A program made the position numbers and the translations under genes. A DNA stretch of 64,000 nt from Candidatus Latescibacterota bacterium (GTDB lineage Bacteria; Latescibacterota; UBA2968; UBA8231), in contig OZ241362.1 of assembly GCA_965200315.1 (NCBI GenBank), forward strand, positions 4,224,001 through 4,288,000. The letters are read 5' to 3'. The notes beneath the pieces were generated by a model. The model had not been told where the DNA came from, did not search any database, and was given only the letters and a program-made list of their open reading frames with translations. Position 1 is the stretch's first letter; each line of letters starts with the position of its first letter. Below, in pieces: positions 10,135 to 19,961 of this stretch.

Positions 10135-11037
10135 TTACCCCTTCACCGCCCCTAGCTGAATCCCGCTGATAAACCAGCGCTGAAAAAAGACGAAAACCGC
10201 GATCATCGGCACGAGCATCAACACCGAGCCCGCGCAAATCAGCCCGTAGTCGTTGATGTACAGGTCCGACAGCTTGGCCAAGCCCACCGGCAGCACCATC
10301 ATGGAATCCGAATCCGTCATAATCAGCGGCCAGAGAAAGGCCCGCCAACGCCCGAGGAAGGTAAAAATCGCCAAGGCCCCCAGTGCTGGCTTAGAAAGCG
10401 GCACCACCACGTGCCAAAACACGCCCCACGCCGAGCATCCGTCGATGAGCGCCGCCTCCTCGATTTCGCGCGAAATGCCCAGCAAAAACTGCCGCAACAT
10501 GAACGTTCCGTATGCACTAAAACACCCCGGGGCGATGAGTGCAAAAAAGCTGTCTAGCCCCACGGGATGGCCGATGTAGTGGCTCTTTAAGTAGAGGAAA
10601 CCACTGAAAAAATCCGTTGCTAACACCGCGTTCAGCCATTCGGGAATTTTCTTCATCAGCACGAATTGCGGGATCATCAGCACGTCGGCCGGAATCATCA
10701 TCGTCGATAGATAGCCCAAAAAGAGCACGTCGCGGCCGCGGAACTGCAAGCGGGCAAACGCGTATGCTGCTAGTGCGCTGGTAGCAACTTGGATCACGGT
10801 AACGGCGGTGGCGATGAATAGCGAGTTGGCATAGTAGCGGAGGAAGGAGAAGGCGCTGAACACACCGGTGTAATTGTCAGTCGTCCAACGCGGCGGAATC
10901 CATCCAAGTGTCACATCGACGTTGTACTTGAAGGAGGTGAGCAGGGTCCACACCAGCGGCACCACCATGCCGCTGAGCACGAGTAGCAAGATCGCATAGA
11001 TCAGGACCGTTGATTGGTACTGACGCCAGCGCGACAT
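10135..11037 (-). CDS. Carbohydrate ABC transporter permease (MalG-like)
   Basis: AAYAFARL.F.GR, EIEEAALIDG EAA loop, ends GAVKG; start placed at ATG 11037 (TAATG overlap). Confidence 0.93.
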   Translation of the reverse strand: MSRWRQYQSTVLIYAILLLVLSGMVVPLVWTLLTSFKYNVDVTLGWIPPRWTTDNYTGVFSAFSFLRYYANSLFIATAVTVIQVATSALAAYAFARLQFRGRDVLFLGYLSTMMIPADVLMIPQFVLMKKIPEWLNAVLATDFFSGFLYLKSHYIGHPVGLDSFFALIAPGCFSAYGTFMLRQFLLGISREIEEAALIDGCSAWGVFWHVVVPLSKPALGALAIFTFLGRWRAFLWPLIMTDSDSMMVLPVGLAKLSDLYINDYGLICAGSVLMLVPMIAVFVFFQRWFISGIQLGAVKG

Positions 11038-11981
11038 TAGACGGCCTCCAACCGTTTGCCACCGTAGCACCAGTTGAGCAAAGTCGCTATGAAAATCAGC
11101 GCGAAGAGCACCATGGAAATCGCCGCGGCGTACCCTACCTCTAGCTGCTCGTAAGCTTGGGTGTAGATGTAGTAGCTCATGGTGGTCGTCGAGCCCTCGG
11201 GGCCGCCCCCGGTCATTACATAAGCAGCTTCAAAGCCGCCTTGCAGGCCGCCGATTATACTGGTGACGAGGATGAAAAACGTCGTGGGCGCTAGCTGGGG
11301 CACGGTGATGTGGATGAGCTGAGACCACCAGCCAGCGCCGTCCATTTCAGCGGCCTCGTAGAGTTCGGTCGGGATGTTTTGCAGGCCGGCTAAGTAGAGA
11401 ACCATGTTGTAGCCGCCGACGCTGGCCCAGATAAACATGATGATCAACGCGGGCTTGGCCCAAGATGCGTCGATTAGCCACCCCGGCAGGAGCGCGGCGG
11501 CCTGTTCGGGCGCGATCCCCAACACCCCAAAAATCTGCCACAAAAGCCCGTTGAAGATGCCGACGTTGGGCTCGTAGGTCAGGAGCATCTTCCAGACCAT
11601 GTAGATGGCGATGCCCGTACACAGGTGGGGAATAAAGAATAGGGTGCGGAAGAAGATGCGGCCGGGTAGTTCTTTGTTTAACAGCACGGCCAAGAGCAGG
11701 GAGCCGACCATGGCGAGCGGGATATTGAGCATTAAAAAGAGCGTGTTGCCGAGGTACTTCCAAAAATACGGGTCGCGTGCCACCCACTCGCCATCGACCT
11801 TTTTGAAGAGCACTAGATCCGCAAAGTTATCCAGCCCGATGAAGACGGGTGCGCCCGAGGCGAGCTGATAGCGGTAGAAGCCCATGCCCGCAGCCACGAC
11901 GACCGGTCCAAGCGCAAAGATGAGAAAGCCGACGAAATTGGGCAGCAGAAAGAAGAAGGCGGCTTTGTTTTGGTTCCTCAC
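11037..11981 (-). CDS. Carbohydrate ABC transporter permease (MalF-like)
   Basis: FIGLDNF, YLAGLQNIP.ELYEAAEMDGA; start placed at GTG 11981 overlapping SBP stop (GTGA). Confidence 0.93.
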   Translation of the reverse strand: MRNQNKAAFFFLLPNFVGFLIFALGPVVVAAGMGFYRYQLASGAPVFIGLDNFADLVLFKKVDGEWVARDPYFWKYLGNTLFLMLNIPLAMVGSLLLAVLLNKELPGRIFFRTLFFIPHLCTGIAIYMVWKMLLTYEPNVGIFNGLLWQIFGVLGIAPEQAAALLPGWLIDASWAKPALIIMFIWASVGGYNMVLYLAGLQNIPTELYEAAEMDGAGWWSQLIHITVPQLAPTTFFILVTSIIGGLQGGFEAAYVMTGGGPEGSTTTMSYYIYTQAYEQLEVGYAAAISMVLFALIFIATLLNWCYGGKRLEAV

Positions 11982-13270
11982 AATGCGCTTTCCTCGGCGT
12001 AGATGCGCTGTAGATAGGCATTGGTCACTTGGTGGGCCTCGGCGAGGGCTTCGGCCACGCTCTCGCGGCCGGTGAGGGCGGCGTCGAGTTCGTCGAGCAT
12101 CCGGCGGTAGAGGTCCTCCCACCACAACTCTTGGGGGAAGAGCCGGACTTTGTAGTCCATTGAGCGCACGAAGACCTCTTCCTCGTAGGGAGTCGATGCC
12201 CGCGGATAGGTACTGCGGGCGACCGAGCGCTGCGGCGGTAGGTCGCTGCCCAACTTGGCCATCTTGGTCGTCGCCTCGGCCGAGACCATGTGCTTGAGCA
12301 CATCCCAAGCAACTTCTGGATCGCGGGTGCCCTTCCAGATGGTAAAACCGACGCTGGCATAGCGCGTCTGTCGGCCGGCCGGCCCTTGGGGAAAGAGTGC
12401 CGCGTCCCACTCAAAGCGGTCCAAAAGCTGAAAAGTCGGCAGCATCCACGGCCCCATGATGCCGATGGCGATCCGCCCGGCCTCAAAGGTGAAGGTGCTC
12501 ATGGCGTTGTCGCTGCGCACGCCCGGCCGGGGCGGGCTGACCTTGTGCTTAAAGTAGAGATCGACATAGAACTGCACGGCTTGGGCCACCCGCGGATCGT
12601 CGAGATTGGAGACATAGCGCCCGTTTTCCTGCCGGAGGAAGTCCCCGCCCATGCTCCATACGTAGCTGGCGATGTCGTACGGGGTGCAGCCGTAGATGTC
12701 CGGCAGGCCGTCTTGATCCTCATCGATGGTCAGGGCCTTGGCCTTGACTAGGAGGTCGTCGAGCGTCCAGTCGTCGGTGGGATAGCTGATGCCGTAGCGG
12801 TCGAAGAGGTCTTTGTTGTAAAAGCAGGTAATGGTGCTGCCTTTGACGGGGATGCCGTAGAGGGTGTCGTGGTAGGTGTACGCTTGCAGGCCCACCGGAT
12901 AGTAATCGCCGGTGGCAAGCTGGTCGCGCCGCGCCAAGCCGTCGAGCGGCAAAAGCTGCCCGGTGCTAGCTACTTGGGGCATCTGCCGCCAGTGCAGTAC
13001 GCAGATGTCCGGGGCGTGCCCAGCGTCCATGCCCGTCAGCAGCTTTTGCACGACGCTGCGGCCGGGCACCACCTCTAAACGCAGGCGAACTTCCGGGTGC
13101 TGCTGGCGGTACTCGGCGGCGACATGGCGGTACAGCTCGGCCTCCTGAGGCGAGCCATAGACCCACATGGTCAGCACCTCTTCGGCCGGGTACCAGTGAA
13201 CGGAGAGGACGCCCCAGAGTGCTCCGGCAGCTAGTGCTGCGACGATCCCCAAGCGAACAAACGGCGGCAA
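11978..13270 (-). CDS. Sugar ABC transporter substrate-binding protein (family 1)
   Basis: APDI, LYGIP, FYNKDLFD..GI.YP..DWT, MGPW motifs; N-terminal hydrophobic anchor. Confidence 0.92.
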   Translation of the reverse strand: MPPFVRLGIVAALAAGALWGVLSVHWYPAEEVLTMWVYGSPQEAELYRHVAAEYRQQHPEVRLRLEVVPGRSVVQKLLTGMDAGHAPDICVLHWRQMPQVASTGQLLPLDGLARRDQLATGDYYPVGLQAYTYHDTLYGIPVKGSTITCFYNKDLFDRYGISYPTDDWTLDDLLVKAKALTIDEDQDGLPDIYGCTPYDIASYVWSMGGDFLRQENGRYVSNLDDPRVAQAVQFYVDLYFKHKVSPPRPGVRSDNAMSTFTFEAGRIAIGIMGPWMLPTFQLLDRFEWDAALFPQGPAGRQTRYASVGFTIWKGTRDPEVAWDVLKHMVSAEATTKMAKLGSDLPPQRSVARSTYPRASTPYEEEVFVRSMDYKVRLFPQELWWEDLYRRMLDELDAALTGRESVAEALAEAHQVTNAYLQRIYAEESAL

Positions 13271-13279
13271 GGCGAGAAT

Positions 13280-14146
13280 CTAGCCGGCGGCGAATACTTT
13301 TTCTTGCAGCGGCTTTTGTAGCTCGTAGATGCCGCCGCCGCCGCGCGCCCCGGCGGGCATGCGCGTGCGAGCCGTCATCGACACGAGGCGAAAATCGTAG
13401 GTGGGTTCACCGCGCAGAATGTTGGCGTTGAAGGCATCCCAGTTGCTCACTCCGCCGAACGGCCAAGCATCGACGGCCGCGTACTGATAGAGCAAGAGCC
13501 GCCGAGACGCACCCGAGCGGTTGAGCGCCGAGCCGTGCAAGGTGCGGGCGTGGTGGATGGAGAGCGAACCGGCTTTCATCTCTAGGGGCACGGCTGCCGT
13601 GAGGTCGATATGGTCGCGAGCGGGACTGATGGCGCCGATGAAGTAGCCGTCTTGGTGGTGATCGAGGATCGGTCCCCGGTGCGAGCCGGGCACTACCATC
13701 ATGCAGCCGTTTTCGCGCGTGGCGTCGTCTAGGGCAATGCCCACGGCGCACAAGTCGTCGTTGGTGTGCGGATAGTGGGCAAAGTCTTGGTGCCACTCGA
13801 CCGGGCTACCGCCGTCGGGCGGCTTCATGTTGAGCTTGTCGCCTTGGGCGCGAATGGCCGCGCCGATCAGGGGCGTCAACAGGTCTAGAATGCGGCGGTC
13901 GCGCATTAAGCCATCGAAGAAGGGGTGGTAACTCGCCGGCGCACTCAGGCGACGCACCTTGGGGTTTTCCGGGGTGTGATCCGGCTCTAGGTCGAAGTGC
14001 CCGCTCTGCTCGGAGACGTGCCGCGCCTGCTCGACGAAGTCATCGACAATGGCGTGTGCCTCCTCCAGCTCGTCTGGGCGCAACACATCCGCGACGACGA
14101 GATAGCCGTGTTCGCGGTAGAAATTGACCTGTTCCTCGGTGAGCAT
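13280..14146 (-). CDS. PhyH family dioxygenase
   Basis: MLTEEQV.FY.E.GYL, WHQD, ENGCM.VVPGSH, HGSA.NRS; AGGAGG SD before ATG 14146. Confidence 0.92.
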   Translation of the reverse strand: MLTEEQVNFYREHGYLVVADVLRPDELEEAHAIVDDFVEQARHVSEQSGHFDLEPDHTPENPKVRRLSAPASYHPFFDGLMRDRRILDLLTPLIGAAIRAQGDKLNMKPPDGGSPVEWHQDFAHYPHTNDDLCAVGIALDDATRENGCMMVVPGSHRGPILDHHQDGYFIGAISPARDHIDLTAAVPLEMKAGSLSIHHARTLHGSALNRSGASRRLLLYQYAAVDAWPFGGVSNWDAFNANILRGEPTYDFRLVSMTARTRMPAGARGGGGIYELQKPLQEKVFAAG

Positions 14147-14156
14147 ATAGCCTCCT

Positions 14157-14200
14157 AAAAATTCGGGCAGGCCCCGCATCTAGGCGAGACCTGCCCGGAA
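14157..14200 (-). terminator. Hairpin, probable intrinsic terminator or processing site after the CBM9-like gene
   Basis: CGGGCAGG...CCTGCCCG inverted repeat followed by AATTTTT on the minus strand. Confidence 0.6.
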
Positions 14201-14227
14201 TGGCACTACAATTGAGATGAAAATAGC

Positions 14228-15121
14228 CTAGAACTGGGACTTGATCCGGCCCCAGCTACTCGCCTCGGTGGCTGTGGCCGTGCCCCAGTCGATGCTGGGA
14301 TCGGCCGGAGTCAGCAGCAAGTCTTGGCCAGCGTGGCAGCACTCGATCGGGTTGGTGCTCCACATGCCGATGCGGTTGTCGCCGTCGCCGTCGCCGCCAT
14401 CGACATCGTTGACCGTTGCCGTGACGTGGATAATGCTACCCTCGGTCAGGTCGTGAATTTCTACCTGATCCTCAGTGGCCTCATCCGAGCGCGGCATCCG
14501 CTCGATCGGCAAGATACGGATTTCGTAGGTGTACGTGCTCTCGCCGAACTCTTCGCCCTCGAAGCTGGAGGCGATCTCGACCCACTGCGAGCCGCTGGTC
14601 ATCCAGGGCAGGTTGACGATGGGGCGATACCATTCAAAGGTCTCCTGATAGACCGGAAAGGCGAACTTGTAGCTAAAGCTGGTCGCATCGTCGCCGGGAT
14701 TCAGATCGTCGCGGGCTTGGTGTGCAGCGTTGAGCTCGTACTCGACGCTGTCATCCCAGAAGAATTTGCCCGGGTCTTGACGCTGAGTGATGTGAATGTC
14801 GTCGAAGACGCGGCTGGTGATGTACACGTTGTTGGTCGCATCGTTCCAGCCCATGATGTGGCGGATCTGCATCGAGCTGGCGTCCAGCCCGCCGCGATCG
14901 ACGTTCTCGCCGGCAAAGCCGTGGATCGAGAACAAGGTCTCGCTGAAAATCCCGTACTGCTCAAGGGGCACGGGGGCCCATTCGCCGGCGTCGCCATCGA
15001 TGACGGGCACGTTGGCATCGGGAAAATTCACGGCGACCAACAGCTCACCAGGTGGCTCGTGGGCTTGGGCGGCAACCACAAGGCCCAGCGAGGCTAAGGC
15101 GGTGGTGAGAAACTTTTTCAT
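14228..15121 (-). CDS. Secreted acidic CBM9/DOMON-like sugar-binding protein with C-terminal SWGRIK motif
   Basis: Signal peptide MKKFLTTALASLGLVVAAQA, PVIDGD..EW, GWND..N.VY....V.DD, WDDSVE, VNDVD; GGAGG SD before ATG 15121. Confidence 0.7.
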   Translation of the reverse strand: MKKFLTTALASLGLVVAAQAHEPPGELLVAVNFPDANVPVIDGDAGEWAPVPLEQYGIFSETLFSIHGFAGENVDRGGLDASSMQIRHIMGWNDATNNVYITSRVFDDIHITQRQDPGKFFWDDSVEYELNAAHQARDDLNPGDDATSFSYKFAFPVYQETFEWYRPIVNLPWMTSGSQWVEIASSFEGEEFGESTYTYEIRILPIERMPRSDEATEDQVEIHDLTEGSIIHVTATVNDVDGGDGDGDNRIGMWSTNPIECCHAGQDLLLTPADPSIDWGTATATEASSWGRIKSQF

Positions 15122-15245
15122 GGTAAAAGCTACCTCCACGAGATAGGGGTTAAAAAAGAGAGAAGATGCGGCGACTCGGCCGCCTTCTCGGTTTCGTTAC
15201 GTACAAACGTTCAATATACAAGGCTGCAAAAGAGTACGTCAAGGC

Positions 15246-17858
15246 TTAAATCCCCGCGTAAATGGCGATGAAGGATTGGGTTTCAGTGCGCGAGGAAGCG
15301 TCTTTGAAATTCTTGCGCTCTAGCACCAGTCCGATCACGGTCTGTAGCTTGTAGCCTTGGTAGGCCGATTCGTTTTTGAACTGAACGCCCCAAGTCAGCG
15401 CCGTGAAATCGTTGGCATCCACCTCAAAATCGTCGAAGATCAGGTACTCTAGGCCCGCTTGTAGCTTGGTGATTTCTAGGACATCGGTGACCGCCAACAG
15501 CGAGAAGAGTTCGGCTAGGGTCGTTCGGCGCTCGTCCGTGAACAGGTCGCGGCTCTGCTTGATAAACTCGCTCTTCCAGCGCGGCTCTAAAGAGAGAGGG
15601 CCGAGCGCATGGCGGTAGTGGGCCTTGTTGATCATCCCGAAGAAGAAATCCGTCTCGGCTAAAGCCCAGTGCTGCCGACGCTCGGCGTCCATGAGTTGGT
15701 GAAAGACCACATAGTTGACCTTGTTCTGTAGGTTCAGCGAAAAGGCGTGCACCTTGTGGCCGAGGAAGAGCTGGTTAATCCAAGTGTCGCGGGCCAGCAG
15801 CGGATCGTCGATCTCGGTCAGCGTACCGAGGCGCAGGGTGTTGTCGGGTGCCCACTGCAAGAGCGGGTCGGCGATGTCATCCTCCACGCGCTTGGTCATG
15901 CCGAAGAGGCGCAGATCGCCGCAGCGCGCCCAGCTTTGGTCGTACCTCAGGAGTGCGTACGCGCTGTGGTTTTTCTCGTTGGAAGAGATGCGGTCCTCGC
16001 GCAGGAGGCCGGCGACGACCTTTAGCTGCGGGGTCAAGTAGGTGCCGACGTACGCGTTGTAGCCTTGTCGGTCTCGCTTGTAGGGATAATCCGGCTCTTG
16101 GTCGTTTTCGTATTGGTCCGTCCAGAAGTTGTTGTTCATGTCAACGCCGAAGAGGAATTCGGGCCGATCTACTGCAAAGCGCAGGAAAGGCTCTTCGTAA
16201 TCCGGGATCGAGTTGGTGCGCACTCGGCTGTCGTTTTGGTTGATGTCGGGGACGAAGTCGTTGTTCTGGTCCCAGCCCGGAAAGACTTGGCGATCGGGGA
16301 AGGCCCAGTCGGCGCGGAAGGTGTCTGGCACCCGGTCTTGATCGTCGTTGTCTTCCACGAGGTCCATGAGGCTGCGGTCGTTTTGGTAGTCAATGCTGCC
16401 GTCGTCTTGGGTGACAAATGTTTGGGTGTTGTAGCGCGGGTGCATCTGATAGGCTTCGCCGTAGATGAAGAAGCGGGACCACTGGCGCGACAGATTGAGC
16501 ATATAGGCTGATGCACTGCGCTCGCCGACAATGCCGGCCGAAGTCTGGTGCTCTTCGACGAGGATATTGGGATATTTGCGGTAGTTCCAGTTGAGATCGT
16601 ACTCGCCGTATAGGTCGAAGCCCATTACGTCGCTAACCGTCACCGAACCGCCGAGGATGTGGGTCGCTGTGGGTAGCCCGGCCTCAAAGCTGATGACGCG
16701 CAGATTGGACAAGTCCTTGATATTGCCCGGCGCTTGGGTCATCAGCAGAAACACAGGCTCGCCAGCGCTGGTCTGCTGATCGGAGGTCATCCAGACCTGA
16801 TAGTCGTTGGCTACCACCAGCCGGAATTCCACTTTGACGATCTCGGTTTTGTCGGCCGCAGCTCGGTTGATGAAGCTGGCGCTGTCGAAGTCGTAGCGCA
16901 GGCGGATTTCGTCGTTGCCGTTGGCTTCGATATAGCCCGGCTTGGGCGCGCCGCCTTCCACCACCGGTTCAAAGCGGATATCGCGGCCCGAGTCCACGCG
17001 GCCATCCCGATAGGTGATGAAAATGTCCGATCCAGCCGGAAAATAAGCTGCGCCACCCACGCCATCGTCTGGCGAGTCGTCCCGCAGCGCGATTTCGATA
17101 CGGGAGATAGTCCGGTTCTGGCCTTGGGTCAGCGATCCGGTTATCCAATTGCTTAACAGGGCTTCTTCCGAGAGCGAATTGGCTTGGTGGGCGTTGGCCG
17201 CGTGGATGCCGAGCTCGACGAAATCGCCGATTTGCACCTCAAAGCGCCCGCCGATCAGGGTGGTGGAATTAGTGCGGAGCAATTCTTGATTGGTAATGCC
17301 GCGCGGGGCACTGGCCTGCGCGTAGAGGAATGTGCCCCGGTACTTGTCCATGGCAAAGTCGAACTGCACGCCGTCGAGGCGCGGTTTGGATAGCACCATG
17401 GGCGTCAGGGTGGTGCGCAGGTCGCTGCTAATGGTCAGCGCGTACGCGTATTGTCCTTTTTGTTCGGAGGCCACGGCGACTTCGGAAAACCAGTTGCGGA
17501 AGTGCTGAGCCTCAAACAGTACGGTGCCGAATTCCTCGGGGTTGGCTTGGGATACATTATATATAAGCCAGCCCTGATTGAGGAAGTTGCCAAAGGCGTC
17601 GTAGAAGTAATCTCCTTCGATGCTGGGACTAACATACCGCTGATAGGGAGTACGCGCATAGTTGGTGGCGCTCCACTGCCGCCAGTGGTGTTCGGCGACC
17701 AGCTCTTGAGGCACGTACCAGCGGCGCATCGCCGGGTTGAGGGCCTCCGTGCCTGGGGAAGCCAGCGATGGCAGCCCGATTTGGGCCGCGGCCGAGCTGC
17801 CGCTTACGGCCCATAAAAGCAGGGCGACCTTGCAGATGTGTTTCGCAGTTCCTGCCAT
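15246..17858 (-). CDS. Large exported protein, putative outer-membrane beta-barrel with Asp/Asn-rich loops (paralog of 23972-26641)
   Basis: Signal peptide, alternating aromatic beta-strand patterns, EDNDDQDR.PD / WDQNNDFVPDINQND / DMNNNFW motifs, ends QSFIAIYAGI; ORF is clear, function inferred. Confidence 0.65.
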   Translation of the reverse strand: MAGTAKHICKVALLLWAVSGSSAAAQIGLPSLASPGTEALNPAMRRWYVPQELVAEHHWRQWSATNYARTPYQRYVSPSIEGDYFYDAFGNFLNQGWLIYNVSQANPEEFGTVLFEAQHFRNWFSEVAVASEQKGQYAYALTISSDLRTTLTPMVLSKPRLDGVQFDFAMDKYRGTFLYAQASAPRGITNQELLRTNSTTLIGGRFEVQIGDFVELGIHAANAHQANSLSEEALLSNWITGSLTQGQNRTISRIEIALRDDSPDDGVGGAAYFPAGSDIFITYRDGRVDSGRDIRFEPVVEGGAPKPGYIEANGNDEIRLRYDFDSASFINRAAADKTEIVKVEFRLVVANDYQVWMTSDQQTSAGEPVFLLMTQAPGNIKDLSNLRVISFEAGLPTATHILGGSVTVSDVMGFDLYGEYDLNWNYRKYPNILVEEHQTSAGIVGERSASAYMLNLSRQWSRFFIYGEAYQMHPRYNTQTFVTQDDGSIDYQNDRSLMDLVEDNDDQDRVPDTFRADWAFPDRQVFPGWDQNNDFVPDINQNDSRVRTNSIPDYEEPFLRFAVDRPEFLFGVDMNNNFWTDQYENDQEPDYPYKRDRQGYNAYVGTYLTPQLKVVAGLLREDRISSNEKNHSAYALLRYDQSWARCGDLRLFGMTKRVEDDIADPLLQWAPDNTLRLGTLTEIDDPLLARDTWINQLFLGHKVHAFSLNLQNKVNYVVFHQLMDAERRQHWALAETDFFFGMINKAHYRHALGPLSLEPRWKSEFIKQSRDLFTDERRTTLAELFSLLAVTDVLEITKLQAGLEYLIFDDFEVDANDFTALTWGVQFKNESAYQGYKLQTVIGLVLERKNFKDASSRTETQSFIAIYAGI

Positions 17859-17865
17859 TGCTCAC

Positions 17866-19914
17866 TCAGTAGGCCACAGCTACGGTGCCCGCGGCTGCTG
17901 AAATGCCCTTGTCGGTGGTTAGATCGACTTGGTAGAGGTACACGCCTGGGGCGACTAAGTCTCCCCCGGCGCGACGGCCATCCCAAACCGCGGCAAAACT
18001 GCCGCTGACGGCTGGCGTGGAGATTACCTCGCGCACCAACCGGCCGGACAGGTCGAAAATCCGTAGCGCGATTTGGCGCGGCGCGCCGATATTGCGCAGA
18101 TCGTATGAAATCATGGTCTGATCGTTGATCCCGTCGCCATTGGGCGTCAGCGTCGTGGGGTGCGCGGTGACCTTCCGCACGAGTTCGCCGCCGACGGGCG
18201 TACGCACCGAGAGGGCGTCGCCGGCAAAGCGGAAAGTCGAGTTGCCGGGCCGGACTTGTTGTTTGAGTTCGGGCTCGGTGCTGTCGTACACCCACCCGGT
18301 GAATTCTGCGCCAAAGCGCAGCACCTTGGCGTCGAAGACGACCTCAATGCGGCGCTCGTTGTCGCGCGGCGCGACAAACGGCTCAAAGCTAATGACGATC
18401 CTATCTTCCTCTAATTGGGGCGGAAAGTCGTCGATGATTTCCCGGCCATCGATCGCGACCGAATGCACGGCTTCGGCTGGGACTTGGGTGAAAATTTCCA
18501 GCCGGTCAAAGCCGCGGTCGCCGTCTTCAAGCACGGGCCGCACCACATAGGTGAAGGTCTGCGGCTCGAAGTTTTCAGTCTCAACCGGCCAGATTTCGGC
18601 GATCACGCTTTGGGCCGCGGGGTCTTCGGCAAACAGCAGGGACATTTCGTCGATGCGCGGCGCTTGGTCCCCGTCGGAAAACATGACCACTTCTAGCTGC
18701 AAGTAGCGGCTGGGGCCGGGCGAGAGCAGGGGCGTCCCGTCCTCCCAGCCTGTTGCCTCTGGGTTGCGCCGCCCGGCCGCAAAGTCGTAGGGCGTTGACC
18801 AGAAGCTCCAATTTTCTACGTCGTAGGTCGCTTGGATTTGATTGAACCGACCCACTTGGTACGTGGTGGTGTACTCGTCTTTGGACACCCGCTCAAAGTT
18901 GCCGGTGCTGCCGATTTTCCAAAATAGATTGGGCTGGGGCGTGGTGCCGGTGCGCGAGCGCAACACGAGCCGAGTACCTTGGGGCACCTCGCCCTGCCAG
19001 CGAATTTTGCTCCAAGCCACCGGACGGCCGAAGTCTAGCACGCCCGTGCGATAGGAGGTCTTGGTGACAAAGCCCTCGCCGTACACCTCCATTTCGGCGA
19101 TCTCCCAGGTGCGTTCGGGATTGATCGGGCGAATGCCGACCCAGCGCAAGTCGCGCGTGGGAAAGCGCAAATCCACGACGTAGTCGAGGTTTTCAACGTT
19201 GCGCTCTAGGATGTCGAATTCCGGGTCATTGGTCGAGGTGAGCGAGCGGTTGATGTCATGGTACCAGCGCTTGCCCGGTGCTTTCTCTTGGGGCGAGGAT
19301 ATAAAAGGCGCGGTGTTGTCGGCTACGCCGATTTCGTACCAAGCCAAGTAGTTTTCCTCAAAGCCCGGGCGCGGATAAAAGCGGATGCGGTTGACTGGCA
19401 TCTCGGCTCCCAAATTGACGACCGTGTTTTTCACGTAGCCGATATTGAGGCCAGCTAGGCGCGGCGAGATATCGACTTGGCGCAAGGTCGCCGTTTCCGG
19501 GTCGCCATCGATCATCACTTGGACCTCTTTGGCCGCCTCGCGGGTATAGCCGGTGGAGACACTCGTGAAGAGGTTGCCGCCGCGCGGAGTCAAGTTCACG
19601 TCTAGCGCGAGATTGACGGACGGATCAACCCATATGGGCCGGATGGCGTTGTCATCGTAGGCGATCATGGTATCGACGCCCGCTTCCTCCGCACCGATGG
19701 CGATGGGAAGCGTACCCAAGACCGCGCCTTGGTCGTCGACGATGGTGTACTCGGTCTGCTCATCAGTGATCAGCCCCTGCCAAGAAGTACCCGTCGGGCC
19801 GCCGATGTGGAACTCGGCCCGGCCCCACACCGCGCTGGTACACCAAGCCGCGAGCACTACGTTTAACAACATTCGCTTTAACACGATCTTTTCTCCGTCA
19901 TTACGCCCCATCAC
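17866..19914 (-). CDS. Secreted protein with discoidin-like region and C-terminal FlgD-Ig/CHU_C-like domain
   Basis: Signal peptide, MIDGDPET, NLG...PVNRIRFYPR, EIAEMEVYG, TPNGDGIND, IFDLSGRLVR, WDG, PGVYLYQ, ends VAVAY; exact start uncertain. Confidence 0.75.
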   Translation of the reverse strand: MMGRNDGEKIVLKRMLLNVVLAAWCTSAVWGRAEFHIGGPTGTSWQGLITDEQTEYTIVDDQGAVLGTLPIAIGAEEAGVDTMIAYDDNAIRPIWVDPSVNLALDVNLTPRGGNLFTSVSTGYTREAAKEVQVMIDGDPETATLRQVDISPRLAGLNIGYVKNTVVNLGAEMPVNRIRFYPRPGFEENYLAWYEIGVADNTAPFISSPQEKAPGKRWYHDINRSLTSTNDPEFDILERNVENLDYVVDLRFPTRDLRWVGIRPINPERTWEIAEMEVYGEGFVTKTSYRTGVLDFGRPVAWSKIRWQGEVPQGTRLVLRSRTGTTPQPNLFWKIGSTGNFERVSKDEYTTTYQVGRFNQIQATYDVENWSFWSTPYDFAAGRRNPEATGWEDGTPLLSPGPSRYLQLEVVMFSDGDQAPRIDEMSLLFAEDPAAQSVIAEIWPVETENFEPQTFTYVVRPVLEDGDRGFDRLEIFTQVPAEAVHSVAIDGREIIDDFPPQLEEDRIVISFEPFVAPRDNERRIEVVFDAKVLRFGAEFTGWVYDSTEPELKQQVRPGNSTFRFAGDALSVRTPVGGELVRKVTAHPTTLTPNGDGINDQTMISYDLRNIGAPRQIALRIFDLSGRLVREVISTPAVSGSFAAVWDGRRAGGDLVAPGVYLYQVDLTTDKGISAAAGTVAVAY

Positions 19915-19961
19915 ACGCGGTGAGGGGAGAAATCATGGAAATCACACAAATCCCATAAATC

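Noticed and set aside
11982-12410. N-terminal extension of the 457 aa permease ORF
   Set aside because: Overlaps the SBP gene in another frame; the real start is the coupled GTG at 11981
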